The notes below the pieces were generated by a model. The model was given only the letters and a program-made list of their open reading frames with translations. It made no database searches and was not told the DNA's origin. 64,000 nucleotides of DNA, taken from NCBI GenBank assembly GCA_036679605.1, contig JAZDCZ010000243.1:1-64000 (forward strand). Reading direction: 5' to 3'. This DNA is from Gemmatimonadota bacterium (GTDB lineage: Bacteria; Gemmatimonadota; Gemmatimonadetes; Gemmatimonadales; GWC2-71-9). How positions within the stretch are numbered: the first letter of the stretch is position 1; each line of letters begins with the position of its first letter. The translations under genes were made by a program, and so were the position numbers. Shown piece after piece: positions 46,761-56,100 of the stretch.

Positions 46761-47591
46761 CTACTCATCCAGCGCGTCTATTAGTGTCCTGAGGTACTGT
46801 GCAATGGGGAGCGTCATATCCCTATCGGTCCAATAGTCGTTGTGCGTCGCGGGGTTCCAACTCGTGGCCAAAGAGCCGACATTGATTTCGTAATCCACCA
46901 TGCGTGAGACAGTATCCCTCTGACCCTTCGTCAGCTTGGATAAGTTCTTTTCGTACAGTGGTCGCAAGGGCCATCCCAATAGGTCGTCGCGGTCGTAGAA
47001 GTTGAGCCACTTGGCGGCTGCTCTGAGCGCATATTTCCGAATCTTTGGGCTGGGTAACCGTATCGGTCGCGCGATGGGGAATGCCAGGCTGAAGAGCGGT
47101 ATGTTACACCCAAACGTAACGAATCCAACCAAACCGGGGAGTGAGGCGAGCGGCCCTTTGTAACCGCGTTGCTGTGTATCCCAAAGATAATTGGACATGA
47201 TGTGACAGCCGAGCGAGTGGGCCAGCACGACCACGGGTGTGTTGCGCTCGGGGATCGTGGAACAGAAGTTCTCGATGGCAGAACTGATGACCCGGTGTAC
47301 GATAGAGTATGCGCTATCCTTCTCGAAGTCACGGTGGTAGGCCAGGGCGTCTCCGAACCCGTTGACCACGAAGTTGCGGGCCGACATCCAATCCAGTTTC
47401 ACCTCCTTCATGCATTCAAGGAGAGTGTCCTCACGAACTTTCATCACGTTCGCCCAGTGGATCTCCTCCCATCGGAAGCGTGATCGCAGCTTGCCGAGGT
47501 GTTTGCACAGTTGTTCAACGAGGCCCGCTGAGAAGCCGGCTTCCTGCGAGCCGATTCCGTGGATCGTGAATACGACGATTTGTTTTTTCAT
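46761..47591 (-). CDS. Alpha/beta-hydrolase-fold protein
   Basis: IHGIG oxyanion motif, AHSLG nucleophile elbow, NFYD..D, H..YW. Confidence 0.8.
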   Translation of the reverse strand: MKKQIVVFTIHGIGSQEAGFSAGLVEQLCKHLGKLRSRFRWEEIHWANVMKVREDTLLECMKEVKLDWMSARNFVVNGFGDALAYHRDFEKDSAYSIVHRVISSAIENFCSTIPERNTPVVVLAHSLGCHIMSNYLWDTQQRGYKGPLASLPGLVGFVTFGCNIPLFSLAFPIARPIRLPSPKIRKYALRAAAKWLNFYDRDDLLGWPLRPLYEKNLSKLTKGQRDTVSRMVDYEINVGSLATSWNPATHNDYWTDRDMTLPIAQYLRTLIDALDE

Positions 47592-47602
47592 TGAGTGGCT
47601 GA

Positions 47603-48301
47603 CTAGCTCTTCCGCTTGTCCTCGAGCGCAATGAAACTCATGACTCGCGCCGCTGCGTAGCGGAACGCGCGCTCGCGGAATGCGAGAAAGGTCACGCACG
47701 CCACGAGCAGGGCCATCAAGAGCAACTGCAAACCGATGAGCGAGAACGGACCAACGTGTCGGGCTCCAGCAATGAGGCGAACGGGTTCCCAAAACGGAAT
47801 TACCAGGGCGATAGCGAGCGATGGCAACACGAACCCTCTGGCCAGTCGGTATTGGTCCCGGTAGACTTGTATCGTACGGAAAACCTGAGGTGCGTGGGCC
47901 ATCACTACATAGTCGAGTGTGTGCATGAACTCACCCGCCTTGCGAACTCGATCGCTGTCGTCCCGATCGAGAATCTCCGCTAGAGTCGGTCCGCCGACAC
48001 CGGTGTCACGTACACCGGCCTTCGAAAATCGCCGCCCCACCGTCGTGCTCGTCAGTATCTTGAATTCCCACAAATCCTTTTGGTGCCGAAACACACTGCG
48101 GGACACGGCGTGCATTACAACACCAATCACCGATGCGGCCCCGAATAGAACCGTTACTGCCAAGGCCAGCTCCAATCCGGTCCACTCGGGAAGCCGTTGG
48201 ATGTTGAAGGCCGGCGACGCCACGTCTAGCAGCACGGCAATCCAGAACAGCGAGTACAGTCCCTGCAGCAACGTCACCACCCCTAGAGGATACGGAAACA
48301 T
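47603..48301 (-). CDS. Membrane protein of unknown function (about 4 TM)
   Basis: GGAGG RBS, hydrophobic segments. Confidence 0.75.
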   Translation of the reverse strand: MFPYPLGVVTLLQGLYSLFWIAVLLDVASPAFNIQRLPEWTGLELALAVTVLFGAASVIGVVMHAVSRSVFRHQKDLWEFKILTSTTVGRRFSKAGVRDTGVGGPTLAEILDRDDSDRVRKAGEFMHTLDYVVMAHAPQVFRTIQVYRDQYRLARGFVLPSLAIALVIPFWEPVRLIAGARHVGPFSLIGLQLLLMALLVACVTFLAFRERAFRYAAARVMSFIALEDKRKS

Positions 48302-48310
48302 CAATACCTC

Positions 48311-48658
48311 CTATGTAGCCGACACGACGAGTAGCAACACGATCAATACAACGGCCACTGTAACGATAATCCATACTCTGTCCAGCGGTATTATCCGGCG
48401 CCGCGGTCGGATTACACGAGGACCCGCACCGTGCAGTGGAATTGTGCTGTCTCCGGGCTCCTGGTCAGGTTCGTAGGAGCGCAGCTTCTCATACGCTTCG
48501 TTGATCGCCTGCAGTTGCTCACCGGCCTTCCGCTGCAACTCGGCGTCGTGCGAGAAGCGATCCGGGTGCCAGACCTTCGTGAGATCGCGATAGGCGGACT
48601 TGATCGCCTCCCGAGAAGCTCCAGGTTCCAGGCCGAGCACGCGAAGGTGACTATTCAT
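48311..48658 (-). CDS. J-domain protein with C-terminal membrane anchor
   Basis: VLGL..GAS...IKSAYR.L.K.WHPD..INEAYE; C-terminal TM. Confidence 0.88.
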   Translation of the reverse strand: MNSHLRVLGLEPGASREAIKSAYRDLTKVWHPDRFSHDAELQRKAGEQLQAINEAYEKLRSYEPDQEPGDSTIPLHGAGPRVIRPRRRIIPLDRVWIIVTVAVVLIVLLLVVSAT

Positions 48659-48767
48659 CCTAAGCTAGTGGATACGGCGATTTGTTCTTTCATATGGCTC
48701 GCCAAGGTATCCCTATCTCAGCGCCGAGGCCAGCCAGAGGTGGTCGTGGACTTGAACGGAAGAATAG

Positions 48768-48938
48768 TTATGAGCGTCGGTGCGTTACTTCCAGTGTGAC
48801 ATGACAGGAACAGCCGGTTGGCGCCTTGGCCTTGCTTGCACAGGAATCGCATGCACTTGACGCGCCTCTCGCCCTCTGTAAAAGCCCAAATGCGACAAAC
48901 AGTACTGCCGTAGCGATCACACCTACGACGGCGGTCAT
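48768..48938 (-). CDS. Small Cys-rich membrane peptide (56 aa), last gene of the rnf operon
   Basis: ATGA overlap with rnfA stop; N-terminal TM, CDSC...CSCH. Confidence 0.7.
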   Translation of the reverse strand: MTAVVGVIATAVLFVAFGLLQRARGASSACDSCASKAKAPTGCSCHVTLEVTHRRS

Positions 48939-49516
48939 GTCGAACTCAACAAGCCGGCGAAGCCCATGAACGCCATCGACAGGCTTCCGGCGATTATCAG
49001 TACCAGTGCTGTACCTTCGGCGATGTCCGGGATGTCGGCCATTTCGGTGTTTTCGCGGATCGATGCCATGAGCACGAGTGCCAAGGTCAAGCCAAGCCCT
49101 GCGCCCACGGCGAAGAACAGTCCCTGCAAAAATCCGTAGCCGCGATTCGTCTGGAAAATGGCAAGACCGAGAATCGCACAATTGGTGGTGATCAGCGGCA
49201 GAAAGATTCCTAATTGCCGGAACAACGTGGGACTCAATTTCTTGATCACCATCTCGACAATTTGCACCAGCGATGCGATCACGACTATGAATGAAATGAG
49301 ACGGAGGTATGGTGCAGCCGGGAGAATGAACGTATTCAGGAACCATGCGCAGATCGACGTAATTATCAGAACGAAGATATTTGCGGCACCCATCCTGACC
49401 GCGGTCGATACGCGCGCCGAGACTCCCATGAAGGGACAGAGCCCTAAGAACAACGTCAAAGTGAAATTGTTCACAACCATTGCAGACACGAGGATCCAGA
49501 GTAAAGAGTCCGTCAT
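48935..49516 (-). CDS. rnfA: Rnf complex subunit A
   Basis: FLGLCPFMGVS, LGIFLPLITTNCAILG. Confidence 0.95.
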   Translation of the reverse strand: MTDSLLWILVSAMVVNNFTLTLFLGLCPFMGVSARVSTAVRMGAANIFVLIITSICAWFLNTFILPAAPYLRLISFIVVIASLVQIVEMVIKKLSPTLFRQLGIFLPLITTNCAILGLAIFQTNRGYGFLQGLFFAVGAGLGLTLALVLMASIRENTEMADIPDIAEGTALVLIIAGSLSMAFMGFAGLLSST

Positions 49517-50169
49517 GCCGCCCTCTCCGATCTGACGCCCTCGGGCCACTCGCGTTCTGCGGGCTTGACCCTCTTTCGCCGTTGCACCCAACTCAGACCA
49601 AGCAGTAGGAATCCGAGTGTGAGAAATCCTCCCGGCGGCAAGATCATCACGACCCACGGTTCGTAGGACGGCCCGAACAAACTCACCCCAAGGAAGCTGC
49701 CGGTACCCAGTACTTCACGTACTGTGCCCATGAGCAAAAGCGCGATGATGAACCCGAAGCCGGTACCGACTGCGTCGAGCAGTGCACGTCCCACAGGGCG
49801 CTTCGATGCAAACGCCTCCTGTCTGCCGAGAATCATGCAATTCACGACTATCAGTGCAACGAACGCTCCCAGTGCTTTGTGCACGGTGGGTACTACGGCC
49901 TCTAGAGTCATATCGGCTACGGTAACGAACGTTGCGATTATGAGGATGTATGTAGAAATGCGAACTTCGTGTGGAATGAACCGTTTGAACACGGAGACCA
50001 AGAAGCTGGATCCTGTGAGCACAAAAAACGTTGCCAGTCCCATAGCAAGGCTGTTTGCCACCGTGTTGGTGACAGCAAGTGCAGGGCAGAGGCCCAGCAT
50101 CTGTATGAGTACGGGGTTCTCTCGCCAGATACCGCGCAGCAGGTCGACTTGCGCCGTAGTCTCTCTCAC
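49513..50169 (-). CDS. rnfE: Rnf complex subunit E
   Basis: ENPVLIQMLGLCPALAVT, LIVVNCMILGR, LPPGGF. Confidence 0.95.
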   Translation of the reverse strand: MRETTAQVDLLRGIWRENPVLIQMLGLCPALAVTNTVANSLAMGLATFFVLTGSSFLVSVFKRFIPHEVRISTYILIIATFVTVADMTLEAVVPTVHKALGAFVALIVVNCMILGRQEAFASKRPVGRALLDAVGTGFGFIIALLLMGTVREVLGTGSFLGVSLFGPSYEPWVVMILPPGGFLTLGFLLLGLSWVQRRKRVKPAEREWPEGVRSERAA

Positions 50170-50825
50170 CGCGATCCTCCGTCGTACGCGTCGATCATCG
50201 GTCCGAGTCGCTCCAGCGCATTGTTGATGATCTTGATGACTGTTCGCGACGAGATTGTGGCTCCGGTGATCATGTCGATCTCACTATCGCTCCCTGAGTT
50301 CCGTCCAATCTTTACTCCCGCGAGTGGCGGTACCGCACCGTCGAACTGAATTACAAAGGTTGAATCTTTTTCTATCTTGTCGCCCAGCCCTGGCGTTTCC
50401 TTGCTCTCCAGGACCTTCATGCCGAGCAGTGTTCGGGAAGTTGGATCGTATCCGAAGATGATTCGTACCATGTCCTGGAACCCTGGCTCGCCGGCGGCGA
50501 TCGCGAACCCGACCTGCCGACCATTCTCGTCGTATCCAAGATAGATCTGCTCGACTTTGTTTGGATCGATCCCGTCGGGAAGCTGCCTCGCGAGCGCGTC
50601 GTTCTGCACGTAGATGGTATCGTAATGGTCGGGCGCCTTGAGTACCTCTTGGATAGCCTGCTGCAACACCGCGGCCTTGTGCGCGGTAATCGCGGGCAGC
50701 GTTCCCACATACACGAAGACGATCAAGAAGCCGGCAAGAGCACCAGCGCCTCCAAGCGTCGCGAGTAACTTCCACGCCGGCACGTGGCGCTCGACGGGTG
50801 GTGCAGTTCCATGCGCGTCGGTCAC
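50166..50825 (-). CDS. rnfG: Rnf complex subunit G
   Basis: N-terminal TM, ETPGLGDKI, ITGATISS flavinylation motif. Confidence 0.93.
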   Translation of the reverse strand: MTDAHGTAPPVERHVPAWKLLATLGGAGALAGFLIVFVYVGTLPAITAHKAAVLQQAIQEVLKAPDHYDTIYVQNDALARQLPDGIDPNKVEQIYLGYDENGRQVGFAIAAGEPGFQDMVRIIFGYDPTSRTLLGMKVLESKETPGLGDKIEKDSTFVIQFDGAVPPLAGVKIGRNSGSDSEIDMITGATISSRTVIKIINNALERLGPMIDAYDGGSR

Positions 50826-51826
50826 GGTCGCACCCCCACCTTACCGGTGCCGAAGACCTGTGGTTGCGTTATGCGGTTGATGAACGGAACGAGTGCGTTC
50901 ATTAGGAGTATCGAATACATCACGCCTTCTGCAAGCCCGCCCCACAGCCGAATGATCACGACGAGCGTTCCTATCCCGATTCCAAATATCCAACATCCCT
51001 TATTGCTGATCGGTGAGGTGACCATGTCCGTTGCCATATAGACCGCGCCGAGCATGAGTCCACCGGAGAAGAGCATGAACGGAATGCCCGGGTAGCGTGC
51101 TGGGTCGATCGAATGCAAACTTCCCGACAACGCAGCAACGGTTATCAATATGCTTACGGGAATACGCCAGTTCATGTGGTCTCTCAGCACTAGGTACGCG
51201 CCGCATGCTACGATCACGATCGCCGACGTCTCACCTAGAGATCCCCCTGTCGATCCGAGCATCAACCGAGTGTAATCGGTACCGAGCTGCTCGAATTTCA
51301 GCTGGCCCAGTGGTGTAGCGCCGGTCATCGCGGTGACGACCTCAGGGCTCATGAATGGGAACGCGAGGTTATCGCCGCGTAGGCTCCACCAACGCACGGC
51401 GTTCGCCGGCCATGTAGTCATCGCGACAGGGAACGCCGCCTGTAGAAACGCCCTGCCGAGGAGTGCCGGATTGAAGATGTTCTGTCCGAGTCCGCCGAAC
51501 ACCACCTTTCCGAGCCCGATCCCAAAGGCTCCTCCGACGATCGCCATCCATAGCGGAAGTCCTGCGGGCAAGGTGAGTCCGAGAAGGATACCAGTGATCG
51601 CAGCTGAGCCGTCTCTGATCGCACCTTCCTTCCCGAAGATCAGTTCGGTCAGAACTGCACCGAAGGTGCTTGCGATAATCACGAGCGCGGCACTCGGGCC
51701 GAAGTAGTAGAGCGATACAGCTACGACGGGAACGAGACTGCAAACCACCGACCACATGATTGTGGGTGTCGTGTCCCGCGCCCTCAAGTGAGGTGACGCC
51801 GTTATCAGCAGTCCCGAACCCGTCAA
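50822..51826 (-). CDS. rnfD: Rnf complex subunit D
   Basis: ASPH, FGGLGQNIFNPA, TGATPL, GSLGETS, MATDMVTSP; TTGA overlap start inferred. Confidence 0.93.
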   Translation of the reverse strand: MTGSGLLITASPHLRARDTTPTIMWSVVCSLVPVVAVSLYYFGPSAALVIIASTFGAVLTELIFGKEGAIRDGSAAITGILLGLTLPAGLPLWMAIVGGAFGIGLGKVVFGGLGQNIFNPALLGRAFLQAAFPVAMTTWPANAVRWWSLRGDNLAFPFMSPEVVTAMTGATPLGQLKFEQLGTDYTRLMLGSTGGSLGETSAIVIVACGAYLVLRDHMNWRIPVSILITVAALSGSLHSIDPARYPGIPFMLFSGGLMLGAVYMATDMVTSPISNKGCWIFGIGIGTLVVIIRLWGGLAEGVMYSILLMNALVPFINRITQPQVFGTGKVGVRP

Positions 51827-53133
51827 GCTGCCTGGCGCCTTCTCAACGCAGCCTTTGCAAGTTGAAAAAGTTGACTGAGCGGGATGTTCGATGGACAGGC
51901 GTAGGAACAGCAGCCGCACAACATACAATCCATCAGATGACTCTCGGCCATCTCATCGTAACGCTCGGCCAGTGCCAAGCTTCCCAGCAGTTGGGGGTTG
52001 AGAAATACGGGACAAGAATCCAGACAGTGACCGCATCGAATACAGGGGTACGACTTCTGCGGTTTGCACTCGGACTCGGTGAGTACTACCACTCCGGTCG
52101 TGCCCTTGAGTAACGGTGTATTGAGGTTGGCCTGCGATGCGCCCATCATGGGACCGCCGAACACGATCTCAAACGCGTCATCGGTGAGACCGCCGCACGC
52201 GTCCAGCAGGTCGCCCAGCTTAGTACCGACGGGGACTATCAGGTTTGCAGGGTGGCGAACTCCTTTTCCCGTAACCGTGACTATCCGCTCGATGAGGGGG
52301 AGGCCCGTCTCGAAGACCTCTGCGATGGTCGCCACCGACGCAACGTTCTGAACTACGACGCCCGTGTCTATCGGCAACTTTCCGGACGGAACCTCATGAC
52401 CCACGAGCGCATTGATCAACATCTTCTCTGCGCCCTGAGGATACTTGACGGTGAGTGGGTGAACGGTGACGTCGATGTCACCGGGCAATGTGGACTGAAC
52501 CGCCTCGATTGCATCGGGTTTGTTTTTCTCTATGCCGATGATGGCGTGACTGACACCGAGACATCGCATCATGATTCGGATTCCCAGCTGGACCCTTTCC
52601 GGATACTCGACCATTGAGCGATGGTCCGTAGTCAAGTACGGTTCGCACTCGCATCCGTTTACGATCAGTACGTCGATCGCAGCATCTTCCGGAGGTGACA
52701 GCTTGACGTGCGTCGGGAACGCGGCGCCGCCGAGCCCGACTACCCCGGCGTTCTGAACTGCCTGCACGATTTGCTTAGGTGACAAATCCTTCCAGTCGGG
52801 GATCAGACGCGACCGAGGTACCTGGGCAGAGTACCTTTCCACCTGGATCCGGATGGCGGGACCAAACGATCCGTCCGGATGCGGCCACAGGCATACATCG
52901 GTTACGGTGCCGCTGGCCGAGGCGTGTACCGGCGCGGAGATGAAACCGTCGGCATCGGCTATCTTGTCACCGCGCTCAACCCGATCTCCCGCCTTTACGA
53001 TCACCTTCGCGGGCTTTCCCGCGTGTTGACGCAGAGGCAGTATCACCTCATCCGGGAAGGGCAACCGCCGGATCGCTACCGAGGCCGTGAGTGCCTTGAG
53101 GTCCGGTGGGTGAATGCCGTGGCGGAAAGTCAG
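51823..53133 (-). CDS. rnfC: Rnf complex subunit C (probable CTG start)
   Basis: TFRHGIHPP N-terminal motif, GLGGAAFPTHVK, ECEPYLTTD, YPQGAEK, two 4Fe-4S motifs. Confidence 0.93.
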   Translation of the reverse strand: MTFRHGIHPPDLKALTASVAIRRLPFPDEVILPLRQHAGKPAKVIVKAGDRVERGDKIADADGFISAPVHASASGTVTDVCLWPHPDGSFGPAIRIQVERYSAQVPRSRLIPDWKDLSPKQIVQAVQNAGVVGLGGAAFPTHVKLSPPEDAAIDVLIVNGCECEPYLTTDHRSMVEYPERVQLGIRIMMRCLGVSHAIIGIEKNKPDAIEAVQSTLPGDIDVTVHPLTVKYPQGAEKMLINALVGHEVPSGKLPIDTGVVVQNVASVATIAEVFETGLPLIERIVTVTGKGVRHPANLIVPVGTKLGDLLDACGGLTDDAFEIVFGGPMMGASQANLNTPLLKGTTGVVVLTESECKPQKSYPCIRCGHCLDSCPVFLNPQLLGSLALAERYDEMAESHLMDCMLCGCCSYACPSNIPLSQLFQLAKAALRRRQAA

Positions 53134-56100
53134 TTGAATGGCTCGGCCCGCTTAATCCACTTGTCGAGGTCCCGCTCATTCGGATTGAGCGGTGTTCCCG
53201 GATGTATGATCAACACCGGACACTTTTCGGCCGCCATGACAAGCTGCCTGAACGTGCCCGCATTAGGATCTTTGATATAGGCCTGCTTCTTGTCATCATA
53301 TGCGAATAACTTGCCGTTCAGTCTAGTGCACTCGTCACACGTAGTGCACAGAATCGAGTCGACATACGGTCCCATGACCAGTTCATCGTCTTCCTCCTCG
53401 TCATCTTCCTGCGCTATCGCAGACGTAGGCTCCGCTACCTCTACTGGAGTCGGTGCGGCACTGGCGGAGGGTGTAGTAGCCGTCGCGGTCGCCGGCAACC
53501 CACCGGTCGAAAGATCTGGGCCGATTGGCTCGAGACCCGGCATCGCCTGAACCTTGGCGAGCAGGTCAGCAAGCGTTTGTTTGCCGTTGCCGGCCCGCAT
53601 CAATCCTTGGGCCATTCGCCGAGCGATGGTTCGTGGATAGCTTGTCTTCAACTCGGCAAGTCTACTTTCATACTCGGCTCTGATCTCCTCTTCTCTGCGC
53701 GCAAATTCACCCTGCAATTCCGATTGGATCTCTTGTCGTACCACCGGTGCGACCTCGAGTCCAGCCATCTGGCGCAACTGCGACCAGATGTGTAACCGAT
53801 CCTCCGCGAGCCGCACGATTTCTTCTGCTACACTCAGTTGTTTGAGAGTACGATCCTCTTGGAGCACATATATGAACGGTGTACTCTCGTCCCGTTCGGC
53901 AGCGGGAAGATCCATGTAGTTGTGGAACGGCACGAGGTTATCGACTTCGGTTGGGTCCTTGATCTTGCTAAAATGCTTTTGGAATCGCGTCTCTGTGGCG
54001 GCCCAGTCGGCAATGGTTATCGGCAGTGTCATTTTCTGATCCTCACCGTTCTCATCGACGTAGGTCATCTCGTAGGACGGCCACCGATCGTCCATCATTG
54101 GGTTACCGTCCAGACATAGCTGGTCGGCGATCGCCGGTCCGGCGCTTGGATCGTAGGTGAGCAGCGGGAACGCTCGACTCTCGAGCGCCAGCCGTGAAGC
54201 GCGTGTCGCTGCATCGTCAGCCAGACCGTGCTCCGGCGGGCAAGGGCAGTGAAGAGCGAATACTGCCGGAGATCTGACCTGCAGGCCCTTGAGCACGCCC
54301 TCAATGAGATGCGACGCGGCCGCCTGCGACGATTGAACCACGAAGACATTCCCGTGCGCCATCGCGATCAAGGCCAACTCCTTCCGTGTCTCTTCCTTGC
54401 CGTGTTGGTCTGTGCCATACGCGGCCATGTCAGAGACTTGTCCCAAGAACCCGCTAGTGCACGCCTGGCCTCCGGTGTTCGAGTAGACCTGCGTGTCGAG
54501 TACGATCACGCGGATTGGTTTACCGGACGCCAAGAGACGAGACAGATTCTGAAAACCGATGTCCAGCATGGCACCATCGCCTCCCACGGCGAAAATGGGG
54601 GGGCACATGGAGAACTCTTCATCAGTGAACTGCCGCCAGTCGAACCTGCCGAGAAAAGGATCGTGGGTTTCAGGATCATACTCACCGCTCAGTTCCAGCT
54701 CTGCACGACGAACCGCCACGAATCCGTCGGCCATTTTTCGCATGTGTCCTTCGAAGATCCCGATGGCGATGGACGGGGCATCCTGGAACAGGTGGTTTAC
54801 CCACGGGACGGGATAGGGATTGTATGGATACGTGCTACCCCAAACGGATGAGCAGCCAGTCGCGTTTGCGATGCCACACGTCGCGCGACCCTTGCCGCTC
54901 GGGCCTTCGGCATATCTCCAGTGGAGATCCTTGAGATCGCGGATTATGTCGGTGATCCGCTCCACCGATCTGTGCTTCGTCTCCGTGAGCGGGATGTCGA
55001 TGTCACCGTTCGAAGAGATCTGCCCTACGGTTTCGAGATCTGCATCTGAGGCCAGGAGTTGCCGAGCTTTGGCGTCGAGCGCATCGATCAGTTCATCAAG
55101 TCGCGCCAGATAATTCTTGACCCTTGGCAGCATTAGCGCGTTCACCGCTGACAGTACCAGATGGATGACGGTTTTCTCGCCGCAACCCATACAAGCTCCG
55201 TCACCGCCCAGCATTGACCGATAGTTTTGCTTCTTTAGGAGTAACGAAGGCAGAACACCGATCCCCTCTTCGATGCTGGCGACCTTGATGTACCGGTCGT
55301 CGGTATCCGGCAGGTGTTCCCACACCTTCCAGTTGTGACGCAGCCGCTCGACTACCTCCTCGTCCTGCTTCACAGTGATCAACGCATCGTCAGGGCATAC
55401 GTCGACGCAGATGTTGCAGCCCTTGCACGTCTCAGGGTTTACGGTGATCGACAGGAGTCCGCCCGTGCCTTTTTCTTTGCTCTCCGGGACATCAAAGAAT
55501 GGTGCCGTCTTTGCGAGCGGAAAGTCAGAGATTGCGGAGAAGACGGCTGCGAAGTCGCTGTCCAAGGCCGTGCGCCGTTCGGGATTCAGCTTGAGTTTGT
55601 CTACAACCGTTTTGTACGCTGTTGAAAGAACGTCGGCGAACGTAGTGAAAGGGACTCCTTTCATGATGCGTCGCGACTCGCGCCCAAGGTGAGGTATGAT
55701 CTGGCGGACTCTGTCGAACGACACCCCATTTGAGATCGTGTTGATCGCCGTCGCTATCACTTCCTCTACTGTGTTTACAACACCGGGGATTGCCGTATCG
55801 GGACATTGGGTCCAGCACTGGCTGCATCCGGTGCAGTTCGCCGGAATGAACTTGGGCACTTCGAACCGCACATCGGTCATGTCGCGGATGGTGCTGGTTG
55901 CGGCCGGGATCGCGCTGATGGCTGCAAACGGATCGGCGATTCCGTCGGTGCCCGTTCGATAGAGATGGCATACCTGCTCCCAAAACCTTCCGGGATCTCC
56001 GATCCCGTCCTGAACGTCTGAGCCATCGAGAATCGCAGGCATTATGGGAGGTGAGCTAGGCTCGTCGCCCTCGGCTGTGAAGTCGGCGTAATCGAGCGCG

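Noticed and set aside
48301..48313. TAG readthrough fusing the J-domain protein to the in-frame membrane protein
   Set aside because: The spacer is TAG-GAGG-TATTG-ATG, a good Shine-Dalgarno for independent initiation
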